From IMG/VR virus record IMGVR_UViG_2974570554_000001: a DNA stretch of 64,000 nt; one strand, given 5' to 3'. This document shows, one piece after another, positions 1 to 6,839 of the stretch. The stretch is from a virus (taxonomy: Duplodnaviria; Heunggongvirae; Uroviricota; Caudoviricetes; Demerecviridae). A program made the position numbers and the translations under genes. Each line of letters starts with the position of its first letter. Position 1 is the first letter of the stretch. The notes beneath the pieces were generated by a model, which searched no databases, was not told where the DNA came from, and was given only the letters and a program-made list of their open reading frames with translations.

Positions 1-2
1 AC

Positions 3-22
3 TACTGTATAGATATACAGAT
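3..22. promoter_or_regulatory. LexA (SOS) box-like palindrome
   Basis: TACTGTATAGATATACAGAT; core CTGT-N8-ACAG at 5-20 matches the gammaproteobacterial LexA consensus. Confidence 0.55.
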
Positions 23-232
23 ATATACTTGCCTTATATTATTTCGAATACCGTTTCTAGCGCCTATAAGCCACGTACAGACGTTTTAAGCCTTTTAGGG
101 TACTATGACGCCTACACCATCCTATACGCCCATAGCGCCATGTAACACTAGCACGACTTTTACGTGCTGCCGGAGCGGCGCGGTTTACCATACTGTAAAC
201 AAGTTACAGATAGGTGTACGGTAAAAGTTGAT

Positions 233-259
233 GAAAAAGCGTCACTTTTCGGTGACGCT
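233..259 (-). terminator. Intrinsic terminator ending the leftward pre-early operon
   Basis: 8-bp stem AGCGTCAC/GTGACGCT followed by a U-run on the - strand, just downstream of ORF 274-480. Confidence 0.7.
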
Positions 260-273
260 GTAACAGTTTAAAT

Positions 274-480
274 CTAGTCTATAATCCAGAGGTATTCCCC
301 TTCTTTCAATCCTAGCAAGTGGTTAAACCCTGTCAGGATACGCCCCCACGGGATAGGGCTGCCCTCCATAGTCTCACACCACTCCAAGTACATAGTGGTG
401 ATATTTTCGCTAAAATCACCGTTTCTTACACGGTCTTGAATTTCACCCAAGCCGATAATCACTACAGAATGGCGTTCCAT
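274..480 (-). CDS. Pre-early hypothetical protein (68 aa)
   Basis: ATG abuts the TAA of the upstream ORF; GGAGG SD; last gene of a co-directional cluster. Confidence 0.65.
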   Translation of the reverse strand: MERHSVVIIGLGEIQDRVRNGDFSENITTMYLEWCETMEGSPIPWGRILTGFNHLLGLKEGEYLWIID

Positions 481-660
481 TTAGTTTACCTCCACCGGAT
501 AAAGTTTGTTTACTACAGCGTACACCGTACCGTTATCATCTTGCCACACCTGACCAAATTCGGTGGTTTCTACGTGCTTCAAAATCATAGGAACAATATG
601 ACCATTATGCATAATGTTGCACATCCAAGTTTGTCCCAAGGTCATAACGTGAACGCTCAT
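481..660 (-). CDS. Pre-early hypothetical protein (59 aa, MSVHVMTLGQTW...YPVEVN; not in ORF track)
   Basis: Hand-translated; TAATG overlap with upstream stop and exact fill of the gap between neighbouring ORFs. Confidence 0.65.
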   Translation of the reverse strand: MSVHVMTLGQTWMCNIMHNGHIVPMILKHVETTEFGQVWQDDNGTVYAVVNKLYPVEVN

Positions 661-905
661 TAGTAAGTTACCTTTAGGTCAGCAGTTAATGAAACACGAA
701 ATTCTTGTGTCGCAGGTACTTCAAAAAATATACCACTCCCAAGACTTACAACGCCGATATATTTATCGTCCACGCCGTGAACGTTATCACAATCTGTCAC
801 GATAAGAGGGGCGTTATCCTCATCTAGCACGATTGTTCCCGCAGCAATATCATATAGCGGTAGTTTCTTGCTACTAGTAGCCGTTGCAATTGATAGTTTA
901 CTCAT
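660..905 (-). CDS. Pre-early hypothetical protein (81 aa)
   Basis: ORF coupled to the next gene, phage-like composition. Confidence 0.65.
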   Translation of the reverse strand: MSKLSIATATSSKKLPLYDIAAGTIVLDEDNAPLIVTDCDNVHGVDDKYIGVVSLGSGIFFEVPATQEFRVSLTADLKVTY

Positions 906-1010
906 TTTAGAATCACCAAAATTTTATTATAGTCCATACGTACCGTATAAAACGGTTTGCCATTTCTAGCAGCCCATAGCAACGCAGTTGCATAGTTGTC
1001 AAATTCCATA

Positions 1011-1241
1011 CTAATAATGTGTCGGTAGGTTAAGTCTTAACAATCCATTGCGAACACCAAAACATAGGTGCTTACATTCTACAGGTTCAAGCTCGCAAGG
1101 GTAGCACATAAAAGACTCACCACAATAAACATACGGGGATACTACAGAAATATAACTCCCGTCAATGGCTACAATAACACCACATTTGCCGTTAGTATCT
1201 TTGCAGCGACCTTTTACTTTTACAATTTGGTTAACTTTCAT
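1011..1241 (-). CDS. Pre-early hypothetical protein, SH3/KOW-like beta N-terminus (76 aa)
   Basis: GGAG SD; MKVNQIVKVKG...GVIVAIDG pattern typical of small SH3-like phage proteins. Confidence 0.6.
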   Translation of the reverse strand: MKVNQIVKVKGRCKDTNGKCGVIVAIDGSYISVVSPYVYCGESFMCYPCELEPVECKHLCFGVRNGLLRLNLPTHY

Positions 1242-1315
1242 TTATGGGTACTCCGTAGGGTATAGGGTACACATAGCATACCCTAAACATGTTAACACAA
1301 TGATTACAACTAACA

Positions 1316-1636
1316 TTATAAATCTAGCCATCCATTGTAAAACGTTGCGCCCTCAAAAATCGCGCGCCATGTTAACAAGTCAGCCCTAGCGTATTGGTAC
1401 AGCATACCGCCATTAGTCGCGCCCTTAGCAAAAGCTATAGCATACGCTAAAACTTTAGCTTTTAACACGTCCTCGACATCATTGAAAAGGCTGATATTTC
1501 GAGTGATTTCGAAATGGTATTCTTTGTTGCTCAAGAAGCATTGAGCCATTTCTAGACGTTTGCTCATTGGAGTATCCGCGTCCAGTTGGTACGCTGTACT
1601 GATTTTTGGTTGTTCTAAAAATTGTTGGTACGACAT
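1316..1636 (-). CDS. Pre-early hypothetical protein (106 aa)
   Basis: GAGGG SD; preceded by the shared TAACCGC..GCGAG element. Confidence 0.65.
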   Translation of the reverse strand: MSYQQFLEQPKISTAYQLDADTPMSKRLEMAQCFLSNKEYHFEITRNISLFNDVEDVLKAKVLAYAIAFAKGATNGGMLYQYARADLLTWRAIFEGATFYNGWLDL

Positions 1637-1712
1637 TTTGTTGCCCTCGCTTAAAGCGGTTATTATTGTCTAGGTCTTAATAATAACCTAGGCGACTGAT
1701 AAAAACTTTGAC

Positions 1713-2027
1713 CTAGCTCACAAAATGATAATCTACTTGATCAATACCAATTTCTCGCCAAACGGGATCATTAGTTGTTAGGCCATACCCATTTAGTATA
1801 AAGTCAATACTAGCATTATTACCTAGATTACAAAGCCCTTCAATATTCATTTGGTCGTTATAGAACATAATACCGTAAGCCGGATTAACCATAACAGCCA
1901 ATTGAGAATCATTCTCAATATACCATACGGTATTCTCAGGGCTTTCTTCATCAATGATTTTACGTGCTTCAGCAATGATTGAGTCTAGGCTAATCAAAGT
2001 TGGTGTTTCTTTACAATTAAAACCCAT
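1713..2027 (-). CDS. Pre-early acidic hypothetical protein (104 aa)
   Basis: TAATG coupling to the upstream Cys-rich ORF. Confidence 0.65.
   Translation of the reverse strand: MGFNCKETPTLISLDSIIAEARKIIDEESPENTVWYIENDSQLAVMVNPAYGIMFYNDQMNIEGLCNLGNNASIDFILNGYGLTTNDPVWREIGIDQVDYHFVS
1901..1919. promoter_or_regulatory. Fur-box-like perfect 9-1-9 palindrome inside a CDS
   Basis: ATTGAGAAT-C-ATTCTCAAT, matching the TGAGAAT-n-ATTCTCA variant of the 7-1-7 Fur box. Confidence 0.45.
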
Positions 2028-2191
2028 TATTCACTATCCTCTAAACAAGTGCAACAAATTAGACACAAATCGCATTCACCACAAAAATCAGCGCAGTCAT
2101 CGCAGTTATCGCATTCTGGACAAACATCCAGATAATCAACCGAGCCACATTTAGGGCAAGGCTCATTATCCGCATCATACTGTTTACACAT
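2027..2191 (-). CDS. Cys-rich acidic metal-binding miniprotein (54 aa, 13 Cys)
   Basis: Start reassigned to the ATG at 2191 (GGAG SD 9 nt upstream); repeated CxxC motifs. Confidence 0.65.
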   Translation of the reverse strand: MCKQYDADNEPCPKCGSVDYLDVCPECDNCDDCADFCGECDLCLICCTCLEDSE

Positions 2192-2255
2192 TTTTAACAT
2201 CTCCAATAAGGGTAAAAACCAACCAATAGGGATAAACAAAACGCTATACTGCAAA

Positions 2256-2378
2256 TTAGTTCAAACATGTTATGCCTACTTTTTCAAATAGTTTATGCAT
2301 AGTTGCGGCAGTCGCCACACACTCGCCAGTCTCAATACTGATACAAAACCAAATAACATCAAAAAACATACGGTACAT
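2256..2378 (-). CDS. First leftward pre-early small protein (40 aa, MYRMFFDVIWFCISIETG...; not in ORF track)
   Basis: GGAGG SD 8 nt before ATG, directly downstream of the promoter at 2408-2436. Confidence 0.55.
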   Translation of the reverse strand: MYRMFFDVIWFCISIETGECVATAATMHKLFEKVGITCLN

Positions 2379-2407
2379 TGTTTTGCCCTCCTAGTGGGTA
2401 GGCTTTT

Positions 2408-2436
2408 ATTACACTCCTATTTTCATGATTTGTCTA
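2408..2436 (-). promoter_or_regulatory. sigma70 promoter for the leftward pre-early operon
   Basis: TAGACA-N17-TGTAAT on the - strand. Confidence 0.5.
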
Positions 2437-2542
2437 ATAACATTTAGTTATATCCACCAGCAAAACGATGCCCAGGCGTTATAAGCGCTGTAAGCCACTC
2501 TGAGAGGTTCTAGCAAAAAGCCTTGTTTTAGTATGCCTTACC

Positions 2543-2709
2543 TGTGGATAACCGCTTACAATGGATTCTAGAGCCTAGAAACGCCATTCTATATCGTATA
2601 AGCTGTGATTTAGTGTAGATAAAAGCCGTTTTCCTGTTAGTATCTTGTGGATAACCAGTAGATATACAGTATTATTAGAACTTGCTAATGTTAATAAGTC
2701 TGTGGATAA
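2543..2709 (-). promoter_or_regulatory. Three perfect DnaA boxes (TTATCCACA) in the same orientation
   Basis: TGTGGATAA at 2543-2551, 2646-2654 and 2701-2709. Confidence 0.75.
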
Positions 2710-2958
2710 AAAGTTGGCACGAAAATTTCCTAATATATAAATCAAGAAATATTTTGCTATATAATATAACTAGAAATTCTTTGACAAGCTCAAAAATCTA
2801 TGAATCGAGTTATGCATGAAAGTGACTAAATATGCAGAAAAATAGCTAAAAGTGCATAAACGATTTAAATGGGCAAACGTACAGGGTAAGGCTATTTTTC
2901 AATACAGAGCCATACAGAGCGTTTTAGAGGCATGTATAAATATACAGTAGTTTTTAAG

Positions 2959-2975
2959 TTGGCATGGTTATTGCT
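2959..2975 (+). promoter_or_regulatory. sigma54 -24/-12 site
   Basis: TTGGCATGGTTATTGCT, 16/17 match to YTGGCACGRNNNTTGCW with exact GG-N10-GC spacing. Confidence 0.55.
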
Positions 2976-3162
2976 ACGCGTGCGCATTCTTTATATATTT
3001 AAGCAAAAATTCGCTGATAGATAAAACCTATCAATAAGCCAAAAAGAAAAGATTTAAACGATTAGACTATAATCCTAGATTCGCTATTATATACCCATAC
3101 CGCAACAACACGGCGGGGAAGAAAAGCTTGAAAAGCTTCTCGAAAAAAGTTGAAAAAAGTTG

Positions 3163-3190
3163 TTGACAAGGTTTTTTAAATCCTTATAAT
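3163..3190 (+). promoter_or_regulatory. Strong pre-early sigma70 promoter for A2-A1-dmp
   Basis: TTGACA-N16-TATAAT with A-tract UP-like sequence upstream. Confidence 0.85.
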
Positions 3191-3212
3191 GGCAACCAGA
3201 AACAACGAAAAC

Positions 3213-3227
3213 GCTCTTTAACAATTT
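3213..3227 (+). promoter_or_regulatory. rrn-type boxA antitermination element
   Basis: GCTCTTTAACAATTT about 20 nt after the promoter; matches the enterobacterial rRNA leader boxA. Confidence 0.75.
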
Positions 3228-3308
3228 GGAAAATGCGATTTGACCCATTGCTTACTTGATTGGTTGCTGAGTGATAACCGTTAGCTGATTTTGAGGAAGT
3301 CAGCTAAC

Positions 3309-3323
3309 TGAGAATCACTCTCA
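3309..3323. promoter_or_regulatory. Fur-box-like site in the A2 leader
   Basis: TGAGAAT-C-ACTCTCA, one mismatch from the palindromic 7-1-7 box. Confidence 0.4.
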
Positions 3324-3354
3324 TTTTAAACTAACCTATTAAGAGGAAAATATC

Positions 3355-3792
3355 ATGGCTAAAAAATGGACAGAAGAAATGGCGGAAAAAGCAGCAACTC
3401 TTTACACTGCTAAACTTGAAGCGGAAGGTAAAGAAGCGGCAGCACATACCGATTTTCTTGATACTATTGCGGTTGACGTTGAAGCGGTAAGTGGTAAAGC
3501 GGTTCGCTCAAAACTTACTGTTATGGGTGTTTACCAGAAACCGGACGCCGTAGCTAGTGTAGCTAAAACGAACACTGTACGCAAAGAACACTATGTTCGT
3601 GCTCTAGCTCATACGCTTGGCTTAGACGCTGACGATTTGGACAGCTTGAAAAACGCTAAAATGTCAGCCCTTGAAGCGTTATCGACTGCGATTGGTATCA
3701 CTGATATTCAGGCAGCAAGCGCAAAAGATTACGAACCTGATTTAGAAAAGGTTTGTGAAGCTTTCGAAAACGCCCGTGGTCTAGACCTATAG
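3355..3792 (+). CDS. A2: T5 A2-like pre-early DNA-binding protein
   Basis: Size (145 aa), position upstream of A1, MAKKWTEE HTH-type N-terminus shared with D3/D5. Confidence 0.7.
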   Translation: MAKKWTEEMAEKAATLYTAKLEAEGKEAAAHTDFLDTIAVDVEAVSGKAVRSKLTVMGVYQKPDAVASVAKTNTVRKEHYVRALAHTLGLDADDLDSLKNAKMSALEALSTAIGITDIQAASAKDYEPDLEKVCEAFENARGLDL

Positions 3793-3802
3793 ACGCCTAA
3801 AC

Positions 3803-3864
3803 AATTAGGGGGAATTATCCCCCTAATTTACAGTGTAAATTTACCCAAGTTTACACTGTAAATT
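3803..3864. repeat. Tandem inverted repeats after A2
   Basis: AATTAGGGGG/CCCCCTAATT (3803-3828) then a 15-bp stem AATTTACAGTGTAAA/TTTACACTGTAAATT (3825-3864). Confidence 0.75.
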
Positions 3865-3888
3865 AACCCATAATTGGAGAGTAACAAA

Positions 3889-4242
3889 ATGGCTAAAATT
3901 AGTATTAAATCGCTTTTAAACAATGGTAGCGCAAAACAAGAACTACAAAACAAAGTGGAAAAACTAACAGGTGTTAGTTTTAACTGGCGACCAAATAACC
4001 GTATTTCTGGGCGTACACTGCAAGCCGTCATTGACCTATCAGAGTACAAACGACCGCTTTTTAATGAAAGTGAGATTGATTCGCTACGCTACGAAAACAA
4101 GGCAGCAAAAACAGTTGTTTTGGGTATGTTGTGCGAAGCTCTAGAAATCAGTGACCTAGAACAACGCAAGGCAATTATGACGATTGCGAGTTGTTCAAGC
4201 TCTGACGACTTTGTGACAAAAGTTCTATTCATGTTTGTATAA
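3889..4242 (+). CDS. Pre-early hypothetical protein (117 aa)
   Basis: GGAGAG SD before the ATG at 3889; lies between A2 and A1. Confidence 0.7.
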   Translation: MAKISIKSLLNNGSAKQELQNKVEKLTGVSFNWRPNNRISGRTLQAVIDLSEYKRPLFNESEIDSLRYENKAAKTVVLGMLCEALEISDLEQRKAIMTIASCSSSDDFVTKVLFMFV

Positions 4243-4316
4243 CGGGACAAAATATTCTAGGGTATTCTAGCGAGTACCCTAGCGAATATTTTTAACCGCA
4301 AAAGCGAGTATATACA

Positions 4317-5981
4317 ATGAAACAAGTAAACGAAGTAATCACAGCAAACGCAACGGCAATCATTAAAGCGGCAAAAGGTCTTAACTTTTGGCAAAAACGC
4401 CTAGATACAAAACGCCGTGAATGTGCTATCGAAATTCGTGATACTCTCAAGCTAGATTTACATTCTACTGTTTTGGTGGAATGGCTAGACGACAACAAGC
4501 CAGTCAAACCAGTAAAAGCAAAAAGTCATACACAGCAAGCACAGCAAGATATTGAGCCAACGTTTGCGGGTTCACTAACAGGTCGTGAGCGTGACCAATT
4601 AGAAGACGGTGTTTATGTTCTAACAGCCGGACAAAACAACACTAATCCGCATCCAGTGTTAAAAACATTGCTATCAATTGCAAATGAGCTTGATGCTGAA
4701 TTTGGTATTATGCCAATCAAATACACAACTGTATTGCAAGGTCGTGAGCGCAAAGAGCCTAAATATCATGCAGATATTAAAATGCATGTTCTAGAGCCTG
4801 TTGATACTTGGCTAGGTGGTGAAGGTAACGTGCTACTAGCTAACAGTGCCCAGATTCTACCAACGGCTAAACAGCCAATTAACGCCGCTGAGCGTTTGAA
4901 CACTGGTGAATCTATGACCATTGTTGCAAGTCCTCGCCGCCAAGCGAAAACGCTATCACGCCAGAAAAACGGTGCATTCCGTTGGGTTTATACTACTGGT
5001 GTGTGTACTCAAATGCATTACACTGACAGCCGAGCAGGGGCGGAAGCTGAAGCCGAACATTGCTTAGGTGGTCTATTGATTGAAGTCAAAGACGGTTTAG
5101 TGAGCCACCGCCGACTAACAGCCGATGAAAACGGCGTGATTATTGATGCAGGTTCGGTGTACTTCCCTGACGGCTCAATCAAAGCTTACAATGATGTTTT
5201 CGAGCAAAAGCCTGTTATCGTTCTAGGTGATTTGCATTGCGAAAAAATGTGTGACGATTCATTCACCAGAGCATTACGCCAAATTCACGACGTTAACCCG
5301 TCTCTAATCGTGGTTCATGATGCGCTTGATTTTATGAGCCGTAATCACCACAACCGTGAAGACTGGACATTCTTATACCAAATGCAAGACCGCTCAGTAA
5401 TTGAAGATTTAACCGATGTAATCAACCACTTGAATGCACTTGCTGACTATGCGCCTGTTTTCATTGTTGAATCTAATCATGATTTAGCTCTAGATTCTTG
5501 GGTACGTGACAATAAATTCGATGTTCGCAAAGACCCGAAAAACGCCCGTACTTATCACGCTCTAATGCTTGCTTACATTGAAGCAATGGACAATAACGAG
5601 CTAGGCGATATGGCAAAAATGGATTTAGCATTCCGAGCACTTGCCGATAAATTGCCAGAGCTAAACAGCAATATTGAATTTGGTAAAATCGACTCACAAC
5701 GTCTAGTATTTGGTTATGATGTTTCTATGCATGGTCATGTTGGTACAGGTGGAGCGCGTGGCTCAGCAGTATCATTCAAAAAGATGCGCATCAAAACTGT
5801 AACAGGTCACACCCATTCACCATTTGAAGATAATAATACGGTTGTTGTTGGTGTAACAGGTTCGATGGAAATGGGCTACAACAAAGGCGGTACAACTTGG
5901 GACAGAGCAAACGCCGTTGTTTACCCTAACTCAACTCACCAACTACTACCAACCTACCTAATCGGTGAAGAACAATTCTAA
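4317..5981 (+). CDS. A1: T5 A1-like protein (host DNA degradation / second-step transfer), metallophosphoesterase fold
   Basis: 554 aa; GDLH, HDALD, ESNHD and GHTHS calcineurin-like motifs; synteny with A2 and dmp. Confidence 0.9.
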   Translation: MKQVNEVITANATAIIKAAKGLNFWQKRLDTKRRECAIEIRDTLKLDLHSTVLVEWLDDNKPVKPVKAKSHTQQAQQDIEPTFAGSLTGRERDQLEDGVYVLTAGQNNTNPHPVLKTLLSIANELDAEFGIMPIKYTTVLQGRERKEPKYHADIKMHVLEPVDTWLGGEGNVLLANSAQILPTAKQPINAAERLNTGESMTIVASPRRQAKTLSRQKNGAFRWVYTTGVCTQMHYTDSRAGAEAEAEHCLGGLLIEVKDGLVSHRRLTADENGVIIDAGSVYFPDGSIKAYNDVFEQKPVIVLGDLHCEKMCDDSFTRALRQIHDVNPSLIVVHDALDFMSRNHHNREDWTFLYQMQDRSVIEDLTDVINHLNALADYAPVFIVESNHDLALDSWVRDNKFDVRKDPKNARTYHALMLAYIEAMDNNELGDMAKMDLAFRALADKLPELNSNIEFGKIDSQRLVFGYDVSMHGHVGTGGARGSAVSFKKMRIKTVTGHTHSPFEDNNTVVVGVTGSMEMGYNKGGTTWDRANAVVYPNSTHQLLPTYLIGEEQF

Positions 5982-6063
5982 ACCGTAGCACATAAACTAC
6001 GTGGCGGGCGCAAATGTGATGCCCGTCACACTTTTACTTAACCGCATAAGCGAGTATTTACCA

Positions 6064-6702
6064 ATGAAAAAAGCATACATATTTGACCTAGACGGAACAA
6101 CAATTGATAGTTTTCACCGTGTTGAGCCGTGTCTTGATTCACAAGGTAACTTGAATCTAGATAAATATATTAAGGAAGCTTGCACTCCTGAAAAGGTAGC
6201 CAATGACAAACTGTTGCCCCTTGCCGGATACATGCAACAACTAATCAAACAGGGTGAACTTGTTATCATCCTAACAGCTCGTTACATGCTTAATCATGAT
6301 TATGTTTACCTACGCCGTAACCAATTGAGAACGCCTATCATTTGCAGCCGTGACCAATTGAGCCGTGTATTCGGTGAAGGTAATGCAGCCCGTATCAGTG
6401 CAATGTCAGACGCACCATACAAACAACAATGGTTCGAGCATCTATTTGCTAGTATGCCACAAGTTACAGAATGGTGTTTCTTTGACGACCATGACGGTAT
6501 ATTAGAAATGGCTAATTCATTAAAAGGTGTTACAGCTACAGACGCCAAATTGATGAATCAGTTGTTAGAAATGCAATGGGCTGACATTTACCGCCAAGGT
6601 GAACAAGACACCGCCGAGTTGATTCAAGACCTAATCGCTGAATGTTCACATCAAGACGTGATTTGCAAACCAGAATGGATTGACCAGCTTTTAGCTGAAT
6701 AA
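6064..6702 (+). CDS. dmp: Deoxynucleoside-5'-monophosphatase (HAD family)
   Basis: FDLDGT motif I and FFDD motif IV; start reassigned to ATG 6064; terminal pre-early position as in T5. Confidence 0.85.
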   Translation: MKKAYIFDLDGTTIDSFHRVEPCLDSQGNLNLDKYIKEACTPEKVANDKLLPLAGYMQQLIKQGELVIILTARYMLNHDYVYLRRNQLRTPIICSRDQLSRVFGEGNAARISAMSDAPYKQQWFEHLFASMPQVTEWCFFDDHDGILEMANSLKGVTATDAKLMNQLLEMQWADIYRQGEQDTAELIQDLIAECSHQDVICKPEWIDQLLAE

Positions 6703-6711
6703 TCAAAGAAA

Positions 6712-6811
6712 AGCTGTACAAATGAGAATGATTACCGTCCTCAATAAGGGGGGCGGTAATGAGACTTGTTCTCATCTACGGTAGGGTGTGCACCCCCTAT
6801 CTTGTACAACT
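6712..6811. other. Multi-stem inverted-repeat element at the probable terminal-repeat junction
   Basis: Nested stems AGCTGTACAA/TTGTACAACT, ATGAGAA/TTCTCAT, ATTACCG/CGGTAAT and TAGGG/CCCTA between convergent genes. Confidence 0.5.
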
Positions 6812-6839
6812 TTATGAGAACTGGAGATTCCAAAGGGCG

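Noticed and set aside
252-264. matS (MatP) site-like GTGACGCTGTAAC
   Set aside because: It is a single copy and mostly coincides with one arm of the terminator hairpin, which already explains the sequence
2738-2752. IHF-like site AATCAAGAAATAT next to the DnaA boxes
   Set aside because: It misses the TTR end of WATCAANNNNTTR and lies in very AT-rich DNA where such matches are common
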